DNA from: a virus
Taxonomy: Duplodnaviria; Caudoviricetes
IMG/VR virus record: IMGVR_UViG_3300012007_000009
Coordinates: 32,001 to 96,000 of that record
Strand: one strand, 5' to 3'
Length of the DNA stretch: 64,000 nucleotides
Shown here one piece after another: positions 10,453-18,804 of the stretch (position 1 is the first letter of the stretch; each line of letters begins with the position of its first letter). The notes beneath the pieces are model-generated. The model ran no database searches. It saw nothing but the letters and a program-made list of their open reading frames with translations, and was not told the origin of the DNA. The translations under genes were made by a program, and so were the position numbers.

Positions 10453-10489
10453 ATACCGCAAACCGCAAAACCGAGGGGAATTTGATATA

Positions 10490-10978
10490 TCAGAGCAACT
10501 TGAGTATGTCAGATAAGGCCTGTCTAGGGTTATCGTACAGGACCGCATCGCCACCCGCCTTGATGAATTCATCGACGTTCTGCGGGTTGTCGTCTACCAG
10601 CAGTCTACCGGGTGCGGCAAATTTCGCCTTGTCGGTACCCTTGCGCACAATAACCAGGTGCTCGTTGTCCAGGTCGGTATTCCAGTGTACCCAGAGGCAC
10701 TTTCCCTTGACTCCGGCCGGGATTTCGATTGCCGTCAGAATGCCCAGCTCTATCCCCAGGCTGTCGCATACCTCCCGGCATGACAAGTAAAAGGCTTCTC
10801 CCCCCTCCATCCACTTCATGTTGGCCCAGTAGTCAGGCCCGACCGCCTTCGGGATGCTCCAGTCTATCGCGCTCGGGTGCTTGCCGGGTCCCTTTCGGCA
10901 CCCGTATTCGTCGGCCCTGGCGTCGAAGTCCACTAGCACGCCGTCCATGTCCAAATATAACCGGTTGATTCCTGGCAT
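10490..10978 (-). CDS. HAD-family 5'(3')-deoxyribonucleotidase
   Basis: LYLDMDGVLVDF (motif I), ILTA, K..W, LLVDDNPQN (motif IV). Confidence 0.85.
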   Translation of the reverse strand: MPGINRLYLDMDGVLVDFDARADEYGCRKGPGKHPSAIDWSIPKAVGPDYWANMKWMEGGEAFYLSCREVCDSLGIELGILTAIEIPAGVKGKCLWVHWNTDLDNEHLVIVRKGTDKAKFAAPGRLLVDDNPQNVDEFIKAGGDAVLYDNPRQALSDILKLL

Positions 10979-10986
10979 AGTTCACC

Positions 10987-10996
10987 AAATATAGCA
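10987..10996 (-). promoter_or_regulatory. Putative early/middle host-type promoter (TGCTATATTT)
   Basis: Same 10-mer precedes gp47, gp44, polymerase and others. Confidence 0.6.
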
Positions 10997-11005
10997 AACT
11001 CGAGT

Positions 11006-11197
11006 TTATAGCGTTTCGAGTTCGCTTCCGCGGTCGGGTACATAGTGCGTCGCGTTAAATCGCATGCGTGCATACTTGACCAGCTCCAGGAATTCCTGAA
11101 AGAACATCTGGTCGCAGTCATGGAAAGTGTTGCAGGTCATCTCGGATATGATGCACTTGTCCTGTATCATTTCACGCTTGCTATAGCGAGGCCACAT
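11006..11197 (-). CDS. Small baseplate/tail-assembly chaperone C-terminal module, probably a +1 frameshift extension of 11181-13007
   Basis: Overlaps the end of the gp26-like ORF in the +1 frame; 'MFFQEFLELVKY' resembles tail-chaperone 'T' segments. Confidence 0.5.
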   Translation of the reverse strand: MWPRYSKREMIQDKCIISEMTCNTFHDCDQMFFQEFLELVKYARMRFNATHYVPDRGSELETL

Positions 11198-13007
11198 ACG
11201 AGTAGAATCGAAACGGATACGGCTGTATCGCCGTGCCTCCGCATTTCGGACATTTAATCGATACCTTGGTGGTAGATACGACTTGGGCCCCGGTAACCGC
11301 CTTCAGCAAGTCGCCCTTGGCGTTCAACGGATACTCCTCGATGTACTGCACCTTGTCGGTCATGCTATCGCAGTCCTCGATTTCCACAATAGCCGCTATG
11401 CTGAGCGGAAGGTTCTTGTACTTCGGGAACACTTTACCGTTGGCATTCTCCCACCCATCGATGTATTCGTTGATGATGCGGTCGTGCTTCCTCCTGCGGA
11501 GATATATGTCGCATTCCCTGCCGTCATACGTGGTGAACTGCACATACCCGTTCTCCGCATGCATGGCCGCGGTTTCCTCCGGTGGCCGTTCCGTGCTGAA
11601 ACTCAGGTCCATGAAGGTAATGTTTGGCAACGCGGACATGGTATCATACCTGGTGTACTTGCTGTTGCAGTGCTCGCATACGAACGGTACCTTCGGCAGG
11701 CCGGTATCGGTCTCGCTGTAGGAAGACGCCCTGAGCCAATACATAAGGTATTCCTCGTCCGCGGTAAGTATGTCTTCCGGCGATATTCCGCGTATACGCC
11801 TGCCGAGAATCGTGGTCAGTGTCGTGGTGATATCATCGGCGTCGGTATCGCTCAGCATGAACGCGTCGACGGTCTTCAGGGCCTGGCCGTATCCTTTTTC
11901 ACCGTAGAACAGCCCCTTCGACGGCCATCCCGTAATCTCGGTGAAGGCCTCGAAGTCCTTGTCCGGCCTTGCCGGGTCGAACCGGGGAGTTGCCTGCTGG
12001 ATAATCGGCGGTTCCTTGGCCACATACACGGACTCGACGTGCCTGTCCATCCCGGGAATACCGGTATCTACCGACTGTACCGGGGGAACGACCGCCGAGG
12101 CCTCCGTATACGCCGTCCTGGCATCCGGTACGGAAGCCGGTTGCAGCGGAACACTCGGGTTCACCTGCGGAATGGGGAATTGGGGATTCACCTGCGGCAT
12201 GACCGGCTGGGTGAACTGGGGATTTACTTGGCCGTACCCGGGAAATCCCTGGCCGTTGATTGATGCTCTGGCATACATGGCGGAAACCTCGGCATCCTGA
12301 ATATCGGGTGACTGTGGACGGGGAGCTTCATGCTGAGCAGCTGACAACCTGGCGTGCTGTGAGGCCCAGTATCCAGCTTCCGGAGTCTGTACCTGCCCAG
12401 GAAGGGCCTGCGGGGCCATCATGTTCGGGTCATTCATCCGTTCCCTTGCATATTCCGGGGAAGGTTCCGGCCGGGAAGGCATCTGCGGATTGTTTCTCCG
12501 TGCATCGAATGCACCCGGGTGCACTGTCTCGTTCCGCTCCAGGAATCCGTCCCGGGCCTGGGCGCTGCGGGACTTGACCATGTTGATGAGGTCGATGTCG
12601 GCCTGTGTGAGGGCGCCATTGGGCTCGATGACCGGTATCGCCGGCGATGCCTCGATTGGCTTCCTGGGAGCCTCGGTAAATTCGTTTGGTGTCACCCTGG
12701 TGGCTTCCTGCTTCTTCATGCCCTTCTTCCCTCGCTTCTTTACAGCCTTCTGTTCGACCGCTGACGGCTGTTCCTGGAATTCCCCGGGAGCATCTCCCGC
12801 TACGAGAGCAGCCCTCCTGCGCTGGGCAATCTCGTTCTTCCTCTCCATGTCCCTTGCGAGGTCTTCCCGTTCCTGCTTCATGGTATCGGCCAGTTCCTTG
12901 TCCCCCGTGGGTAGTCCCATGGAAGCCTGTGCGGCAGCTGCCGACATTCCCTGCATCAGGATATTGCGTGTTTCTTCGTCGTATTCGACGGATGGATTCT
13001 GGTTCAT
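11181..13007 (-). CDS. gp26-like baseplate hub assembly chaperone with a long Pro/Gln-rich N-terminal extension
   Basis: PSKGLFY...DEEYLMYWLRASSY...FVCEHC...IKCPKCG (two CxxC); N-terminal ~340 aa low complexity with QVNP repeats. Confidence 0.75.
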   Translation of the reverse strand: MNQNPSVEYDEETRNILMQGMSAAAAQASMGLPTGDKELADTMKQEREDLARDMERKNEIAQRRRAALVAGDAPGEFQEQPSAVEQKAVKKRGKKGMKKQEATRVTPNEFTEAPRKPIEASPAIPVIEPNGALTQADIDLINMVKSRSAQARDGFLERNETVHPGAFDARRNNPQMPSRPEPSPEYARERMNDPNMMAPQALPGQVQTPEAGYWASQHARLSAAQHEAPRPQSPDIQDAEVSAMYARASINGQGFPGYGQVNPQFTQPVMPQVNPQFPIPQVNPSVPLQPASVPDARTAYTEASAVVPPVQSVDTGIPGMDRHVESVYVAKEPPIIQQATPRFDPARPDKDFEAFTEITGWPSKGLFYGEKGYGQALKTVDAFMLSDTDADDITTTLTTILGRRIRGISPEDILTADEEYLMYWLRASSYSETDTGLPKVPFVCEHCNSKYTRYDTMSALPNITFMDLSFSTERPPEETAAMHAENGYVQFTTYDGRECDIYLRRRKHDRIINEYIDGWENANGKVFPKYKNLPLSIAAIVEIEDCDSMTDKVQYIEEYPLNAKGDLLKAVTGAQVVSTTKVSIKCPKCGGTAIQPYPFRFYSYVASL

Positions 13008-13282
13008 CGTGTTACCTCTCCAATTACGTATGTGTACCGGGGCCCGGTATACCTGGACCCGTTGGCCAGGGTTATGTCCACCTGTTCCCCCTTGGCGGCG
13101 GACTCGTTGAGCCTAGCCACCTCGACCTTGCATTCCTCGGGGTCGTCGTACTGCTTCTCGAACGCCTGGGGAGCGGCTACATTCCCGTCGCTGTATGAAC
13201 GGGAACGGCCCGGACGTTCCGGGTCGGCCTCGAGACTCAGGTTGTCGTACTTCACTACGCAGTACTTGGTCTTCTGTTCCAT
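13004..13282 (-). CDS. Hypothetical protein
   Basis: 92-aa ORF tightly packed in the operon (ATGA overlap). Confidence 0.55.
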   Translation of the reverse strand: MEQKTKYCVVKYDNLSLEADPERPGRSRSYSDGNVAAPQAFEKQYDDPEECKVEVARLNESAAKGEQVDITLANGSRYTGPRYTYVIGEVTR

Positions 13283-13284
13283 GC

Positions 13285-14640
13285 CTAGTTACCGTCGGCT
13301 GCCTTCTCGGCATCCTTCTTCTTGAGTTTCGCCATGCCCTCGTCGAACCTGGACTTGAGGGCGGTGCTGACCTTGCGGCCCAGCATGGAGTGGAAGTAGC
13401 CGGCCAGAACCTTGGGGTCGGAAACCAGCCGGTGTTCCATCATCGTCCTCTGCTTGGTGTAGGCCTCGTCCCAGTTGGCGACGATTCGCCATTTCTCAAT
13501 CATCGCGGACAGTTCCTTGACGCTAGTGTCCTGGCCGAAAACGAAATCCTTGCCGCATTCGTTGCAGATGTGCACGCCCGGCTCGAAACCCGCCTCGGCA
13601 ATCTGCGCGAACACTACGGAACCCGCTGAAATTGCAAGGATTGCGTCGGTGTCGGCAATGGTGATGTTGTAGATGTCCTCGTCGACGTGCTCGGGCTCGG
13701 TAAGGATTACAAAGTCGAATCCGGCATCGCGTTCCATTGCCATGGTCTCGGCGGCGTTCTTGGCGGTGACATATGGGTTGGCCCAGTGCATCACGTGCCT
13801 TACGAGAGGTCCTTCCTTCTTGCTGCGCGGACGGAGAAGCTCCATGAGGCGCGGGTCGAGGTCGGATACGGTAGAAATGGTGAAGTCGTACTCGTCTGTG
13901 CCGTGGATGATGAAGTTCTGGACGTTCTGGGGAATGTCGGTTCCCTTCACGAGAATCTTCGGCCTGCGGATTGCGGTGAAACCGCCCTTGGACTTCAGGA
14001 ACACCTTGTGAGTCGGGTAGAACTGGCTCGATACGAAGGACGGGATGATGACCACGTCCTTGTCCTCGGACACGAGGCCAAGCTGGACGATTGCAGTACG
14101 CAGCTCGTTGTTAGGGACGACCACGGTATCGGCATAGTCGAGACAGTCGGCCACCATCTTGGCTTCGATGATTGTCTTGTTCCTTGCCGCGGGAGCGTCC
14201 CACACGAACTCGTCGAGAGCGTAGACGACCCGCAGTGTCAACGAACGGAACTCGTTAGCGCTCTGCATGAACTTGTCGTACTCGTCGGCATTGCCCTTGA
14301 GCTTCTCGGCCTCTTCCTTCCAGCCCGGGGCGACCCTGTCGAATGCGGCACGCATGCTGGACATCATCAAGTCGTTGAACTCCCTGTTGATGACGTTGTC
14401 CACCCACACCACGCTGTACCCGGAAAGGTCCGGCTTTGTACGGCAGAACGTCTTGCTGTCCATCGTGGTCATGGTGACCTCGGCGATGGTGCTGTAGAAG
14501 TTCTTGAACTGCTGCATTGCGTTGTAGCCGCGAACGCAGGAGAGACGCGAAGTGTCGTCCGTCACGTAGAGGACGTTGAATTCGCGCTTGGTCTCAAGGA
14601 TTTGGTTAATCCGTTCTTCGATTTTCTTGGTAAAGTCCAT
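13285..14640 (-). CDS. Glycosyltransferase-like (GT-B) protein, divergent
   Basis: VVYALDEFVW...ADTVVVPNNELR...VVIIPSF...RPKILVKG pattern of phage GT-B proteins. Confidence 0.55.
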   Translation of the reverse strand: MDFTKKIEERINQILETKREFNVLYVTDDTSRLSCVRGYNAMQQFKNFYSTIAEVTMTTMDSKTFCRTKPDLSGYSVVWVDNVINREFNDLMMSSMRAAFDRVAPGWKEEAEKLKGNADEYDKFMQSANEFRSLTLRVVYALDEFVWDAPAARNKTIIEAKMVADCLDYADTVVVPNNELRTAIVQLGLVSEDKDVVIIPSFVSSQFYPTHKVFLKSKGGFTAIRRPKILVKGTDIPQNVQNFIIHGTDEYDFTISTVSDLDPRLMELLRPRSKKEGPLVRHVMHWANPYVTAKNAAETMAMERDAGFDFVILTEPEHVDEDIYNITIADTDAILAISAGSVVFAQIAEAGFEPGVHICNECGKDFVFGQDTSVKELSAMIEKWRIVANWDEAYTKQRTMMEHRLVSDPKVLAGYFHSMLGRKVSTALKSRFDEGMAKLKKKDAEKAADGN

Positions 14641-14719
14641 ATGTATAGTTTCCTCGTCTTGCGGCGGAACCCTTTCCCGGGTTGCCGGCCCCCTTTGCGA
14701 AGGAAACTATTACATTTGG

Positions 14720-15835
14720 CTACTGTTTTTGGCCGTAAGTGGACAGAATTCCCAAAATTTTCTGCTTCGGGTCTTCCCCGGACCAGAAAACCGGCAGCTG
14801 CTCGGGGTATTTGTCCATGTACATCTCGGCCATGGTGAGGCTGTCGGCCCCGAGAATCTTCCTGGCCTCCTCGTCGTCGAGCCGCTTGGCCTCCTCCACG
14901 GTACCCACGTCACCACCATAGGGGACGTTCTTCACGTAGAGGGGCTTCGCCTCCATCAGGACCTTCTTTCGGGCGCTCGCGTCGTCATACGGGCGGTCAT
15001 TCTTGTAGTAGTACCGCACGAAGCAGTTGGTCAGGTCCCCCAACCCCTCCAGGTGCTCGTCATCCACGTCGACGAACCGCGGAGACAGCGTATTCTCCAC
15101 GAACTCGAACTTCATGTCCTCGTCAACTATGTAGTATCCGCAGTCGGTACCGACATGGGCGAAGCTCAGGTGGTACGGCGTTCCCAGGTAGAGAATGGAG
15201 GAATCCGGGTCTTTCCCCTTGTTGTACGAGCGGCAATGGTAGTGGCCGCTTATCACGTAGTTCGCCGCCTTGTAGAACTTCTCCGCAGGCAGGCCCACGT
15301 CGGATACCTGTCCGGCCTCCATCAGGCAGCCCATGATGTCGAAATGCCCGAACAGGACAGTCTTCTCCTTGGCGGCCTTCGGCTTCTTGGCCAGCTTCGA
15401 GAGCCAGTCGTTCACGGCCTCCATCTTGTCCGGGAATATCCACGGGACCATGTACCAGGTCCTCCCGAGCAGTTCCAGCTTCTCCACGCCGTTGCGGTAC
15501 ACGTGGACGTTCGGGAGAAGCTCCAGCAGCTGCAGGGAAGTCAGCGAATCCTTGTTCTCGTACAGGTAGTCGTGGTTCCCCGCTATGATGTGGATGTCGA
15601 AGTCGGCCATGTCGTCACGGAACAGCTTGATTGCGTAGGCCATCACCTCGATGGTCATGAACGCGTGTATTGTGAACACGTCCCCGGAGAACAGCACGGT
15701 CTTGATGCCCCGTGCCCTGAAGTCCTCAATCATCTTGCGGTGCAGCGCGGCCTGACCGGCGACCACATGTTCCTTTATCCCGGAACGTTCGCACTTGGGG
15801 CCGAGGTGTATATCGCCGACTATTCCAATCTGCAT
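14720..15835 (-). CDS. gp47/Mre11/SbcD-like recombination nuclease
   Basis: Metallophosphoesterase motifs GDIH, GDVF, GNHD, GHF, SGHYH, YLGTP. Confidence 0.9.
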   Translation of the reverse strand: MQIGIVGDIHLGPKCERSGIKEHVVAGQAALHRKMIEDFRARGIKTVLFSGDVFTIHAFMTIEVMAYAIKLFRDDMADFDIHIIAGNHDYLYENKDSLTSLQLLELLPNVHVYRNGVEKLELLGRTWYMVPWIFPDKMEAVNDWLSKLAKKPKAAKEKTVLFGHFDIMGCLMEAGQVSDVGLPAEKFYKAANYVISGHYHCRSYNKGKDPDSSILYLGTPYHLSFAHVGTDCGYYIVDEDMKFEFVENTLSPRFVDVDDEHLEGLGDLTNCFVRYYYKNDRPYDDASARKKVLMEAKPLYVKNVPYGGDVGTVEEAKRLDDEEARKILGADSLTMAEMYMDKYPEQLPVFWSGEDPKQKILGILSTYGQKQ

Positions 15836-15875
15836 AAAAATTCTCCAAAAAAGTACCGGAATCTCCCGGTACCCC

Positions 15876-15885
15876 AAATATAGCA
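15876..15885 (-). promoter_or_regulatory. Putative early/middle promoter (TGCTATATTTG)
   Basis: Recurrent motif, 40 nt upstream of the gp47-like ATG. Confidence 0.6.
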
Positions 15886-15913
15886 AATTGTTGGCTATAT
15901 CAGCTTCGCTAGG

Positions 15914-16498
15914 CTATTTCTTGGCCCGTTTTCGCTCAAGGCAGGCATAGTAGCAACCCTTGGCAAGACCGTACTCATTATCCCAGGTCATACCCTTGGT
16001 TACTTGGTTCACTCTAGTGGTCATCGAATCGGTAATTCGGTGTACATCACGGGGATTCCCCACGTCAACGATGTACGCCGTTACTGTAGTCGTAGCAACC
16101 GAGTCAACTTCGTCGCTTAGTCCATTCGATAAATAGCGTAAAGAAGAGCGGCAAGGTAGTCCAAGCGTTATCCATAGATTGTATCTGGTTACATCGAGCG
16201 ACTTACCTGTAGCCCGGTCGCACATCTCTATGTCCAGTGTAACATAGCAACCCCTTGCGCCATCAATCTTACCCATTTTGATATGCCTGTAAAAGCAGAA
16301 CTTATCGGTATCAGTGAAAGTTATTTTTAGAGTGTTCCGTTCGCAGAACTCCACTCTATTGACATAAAACGAAAGGTCTCTATTATTCCATACCGAACCA
16401 GGTATCGTAGCATATGCCTTTTTTATCCGGAATCGGGAACGGAACATTGGAACGGCGGACGATACTTCATCGAGTTGTTTACTATTGTGTTTTGTCAT
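15914..16498 (-). CDS. Hypothetical protein, AT-richer than neighbours; possibly a divergent tail-tube-fold paralogue
   Basis: 194-aa ORF with SD (GGAG); P..RSRF...LKITFTD...LDIEM.D...G pattern. Confidence 0.45.
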   Translation of the reverse strand: MTKHNSKQLDEVSSAVPMFRSRFRIKKAYATIPGSVWNNRDLSFYVNRVEFCERNTLKITFTDTDKFCFYRHIKMGKIDGARGCYVTLDIEMCDRATGKSLDVTRYNLWITLGLPCRSSLRYLSNGLSDEVDSVATTTVTAYIVDVGNPRDVHRITDSMTTRVNQVTKGMTWDNEYGLAKGCYYACLERKRAKK

Positions 16499-16521
16499 GC
16501 TGTCTCCTTTATAAAATGAAC

Positions 16522-17295
16522 CTACCCGGATTCCCCGGAGTTGTCCGGGAGCGCCTTGGGGGCGTTCCTCTCGTCATATTCCTTCTGTATGGTATCCGCA
16601 ATCTCCTGGTCCAGTTCCTCGGTCCACTTGGAAATCCAGGCGTTGGTGTCCTGCGGGGTGACCTCCACCGAACCGTCGGACTTGACGACCTCCCCGCCGG
16701 GAACCAGGGTCGCCCCCTCGGGTGCCCGGGAGGCATCCACCTTCTGGTTGTGGATTTCCTCCTCCTTGCGGAGGGTAACCAGGGTATCCCGGATACTGTC
16801 GAGCGTCTTCAGGATGATTGCGTACTGCCTCTGGTAGTTGGCGTAGTCGTCCGGTTCCGGGTTGACCAGGTCCTCCAGGTCGGTCTCTATCCGGTCGAGC
16901 ACCCTCTTGCCGCGGGCGAACAGTTCCATGTAGTGGTCTCGCAGGGCCCTGCGGTCGTTCTCCAGGGACTCCAGGCTGAAACCGGGCACGAGACCGTCGT
17001 CGGACGCGGACATCTTCTCCTTGGTGGCGATAATCTTGGACTGCGTCTTCAGGTTCTTCGCCTCGTCGGTAATCTTCTTGACTTCCTTCTTGGCCGCGGC
17101 CAGTCCTTCCTTGGTGGAACCCCTGGGAAGCCCAAGCGTGTCCTCGACTCCCTCGAACGGGTTGTCCGGGTTCGGTTTCTCCTTGGCAGGCTTTTCCGCG
17201 GATGGCTTCTCCTTGGTGCCCATCGGGTTCGTGGTGAAGTCCACGTCGAACACGGACTCGGCGTCCACGGTGTCGTTGTCGTTTGCTTCGCTCAT
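16522..17295 (-). CDS. Terminase small subunit (gp16-like), putative
   Basis: Two-helix core LENDRRALRDHYMELFARGKRVLD...P..Y...ILKTLDSIRDTLVTLRK resembles T4 gp16. Confidence 0.5.
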   Translation of the reverse strand: MSEANDNDTVDAESVFDVDFTTNPMGTKEKPSAEKPAKEKPNPDNPFEGVEDTLGLPRGSTKEGLAAAKKEVKKITDEAKNLKTQSKIIATKEKMSASDDGLVPGFSLESLENDRRALRDHYMELFARGKRVLDRIETDLEDLVNPEPDDYANYQRQYAIILKTLDSIRDTLVTLRKEEEIHNQKVDASRAPEGATLVPGGEVVKSDGSVEVTPQDTNAWISKWTEELDQEIADTIQKEYDERNAPKALPDNSGESG

Positions 17296-17433
17296 CCAAG
17301 TACCGCCTTGACAGGTTCAGTCGGGTTACCGTCGACTATCGGCTTCTTGGACTGTGCAAGTAGCCTTGTCGTTTCTTCCGGGCGCTCTTCCGGGAGTACC
17401 AAGTTCTCGGTTTCCGTGGAATTGCCAAGTTCT

Positions 17434-17949
17434 TTACTTTCTGATTCCGACAATTATCTGCCCTATTTCCTGCCCGAAGTTGTGGACACGCGTCATCGCG
17501 TCCGCATTCCTCGGATAATAACGTATCTTGTCCTGCATGTCCTCGAGGAACTTGACGAATTCCTCCTGGCAATCGACCCTCTCCTTCATGTCGGCGAGGT
17601 CCGGGTCGCCATCTACCATGATGTTCTCCCCGTTCACCGAAGGCATCCACTTGTGCTTCGTGGTCGCTATCCTGGTATACACCTCGCATCGCTTCTTGGT
17701 GTACTCCTTCTTCAGTGCTATGAGCTTCAGCTTGTTCTTGAAGGCGAGCATTGCCACATGTATAGCATTCTCGCCCATGTTATAGTTCCCCTGTCTGTAA
17801 ACCACGTTGGCGTCGGGCTCGCCCTTGTCATTGGTAGTCCGCAAGGCCTCGGAAAACCATGCACGGAGCCTCTGCATCTGCACGTTAACCGGGGCATTCT
17901 GGTCGCCCACCATCTCGTTAATCGCATCTTCGTCTATATGGAAAGCCAT
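17434..17949 (-). CDS. uvsY: UvsY-like recombination mediator
   Basis: ENIMVDGDPDLADMKERVD...VKFLEDM..KI matches the UvsY C-terminal helix pattern; 171 aa. Confidence 0.65.
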   Translation of the reverse strand: MAFHIDEDAINEMVGDQNAPVNVQMQRLRAWFSEALRTTNDKGEPDANVVYRQGNYNMGENAIHVAMLAFKNKLKLIALKKEYTKKRCEVYTRIATTKHKWMPSVNGENIMVDGDPDLADMKERVDCQEEFVKFLEDMQDKIRYYPRNADAMTRVHNFGQEIGQIIVGIRK

Positions 17950-17998
17950 TTCAACCTCTAGGAGGAAAACTAGAAAATTCTCGGCGGAAATGCAAACC

Positions 17999-18027
17999 AA
18001 AAAGAGGGGGAGTCGTGCTCCCCCTCT
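17999..18027 (-). terminator. Rho-independent terminator after the tail tube gene
   Basis: 10-bp stem AGAGGGGGAG/CTCCCCCTCT followed by a T-run on the minus strand. Confidence 0.8.
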
Positions 18028-18048
18028 ATTTGTAATTATACCATACGG

Positions 18049-18789
18049 TTATTTGCCCTTTGCACCAATCACCTTGTACTCGGGGTTGAACCAGATGTTC
18101 CAACGGTCATATGTGAGTTCGAATGAGAACTTCAGAAGAGATGCGTTGTTATAGTTCAACGTATTACCGACATTGACCTTAGAAGGCCAGGCGTTGATGT
18201 AGCGTATCCCCATGATGACGTTCCCGTACATCCAGTCGTACAGTTCCAGGGTCACGTGGGCGTTACGGAGGAGCACCGCGGTAGCGTTGCCGTAGTTCTC
18301 CTGCTGGCCGAGACCGAGATAGAGCTTGTTCTCGCCCTTCTCGATACGGTTCGTCTCGCTGTTCGTGTCGCCGACACCGGACGTGTTGAGAATACCGCTG
18401 TTGAGGCAGCACTGGTTCCATGCCAGCATCGTCTCGTACGCCCTGCCGTCCTCCAGGAGGAGGGCGTTGAGCGTGGTCGTGCCGGCCAGCTGCTGTTGCT
18501 GCACGGGGTACCTCTTTTCGTATCCCATGTACCAGATGGGTTCAGCCTTGATTGCAGCATCGGGAATCTTGGCGCCGTCGGAAATGTGGAGAGTAAACTC
18601 CTTTGCAGTTTCCGGGTTGGTGCCGAAGTTTTCGCCGCTGCTCGGCTTGATGCCGATTGCCTTGAAGATGCCCTGGTCGACACAGAGGCGCCAGCGGGTG
18701 CTTCGCACCGGGTCCGGCAGCTTGTCTATGTTCGACGCGAAGAATATCTTCTTCTTGTCCGAGAGTTCTACTTCATACGGTTTAGCCAT
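18049..18789 (-). CDS. Tail tube protein (gp19-like)
   Basis: DPVRSTRW...KIPD...Y.G...AW...NAWPSKV...LNY...FSFELTYDRW; immediately downstream of the sheath; SD AGGAGG. Confidence 0.85.
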   Translation of the reverse strand: MAKPYEVELSDKKKIFFASNIDKLPDPVRSTRWRLCVDQGIFKAIGIKPSSGENFGTNPETAKEFTLHISDGAKIPDAAIKAEPIWYMGYEKRYPVQQQQLAGTTTLNALLLEDGRAYETMLAWNQCCLNSGILNTSGVGDTNSETNRIEKGENKLYLGLGQQENYGNATAVLLRNAHVTLELYDWMYGNVIMGIRYINAWPSKVNVGNTLNYNNASLLKFSFELTYDRWNIWFNPEYKVIGAKGK

Positions 18790-18804
18790 GTTGTCCTCCT
18801 TTTA

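Noticed and set aside
11181-11183. Stop-codon reassignment (TAG readthrough)
   Set aside because: Core genes are full length in the standard code and TAG, TAA and TGA all terminate genes; readthrough here would hit TGA after two more codons.
14576-17961. Long plus-strand ORFs (14576-15883, 16414-17961; likewise 11283-12263, 41162-42601, 59510-61411)
   Set aside because: Antisense shadows of GC3-biased minus-strand genes; composition rich in L/V/H/R/G with no motifs, and they span several real genes.
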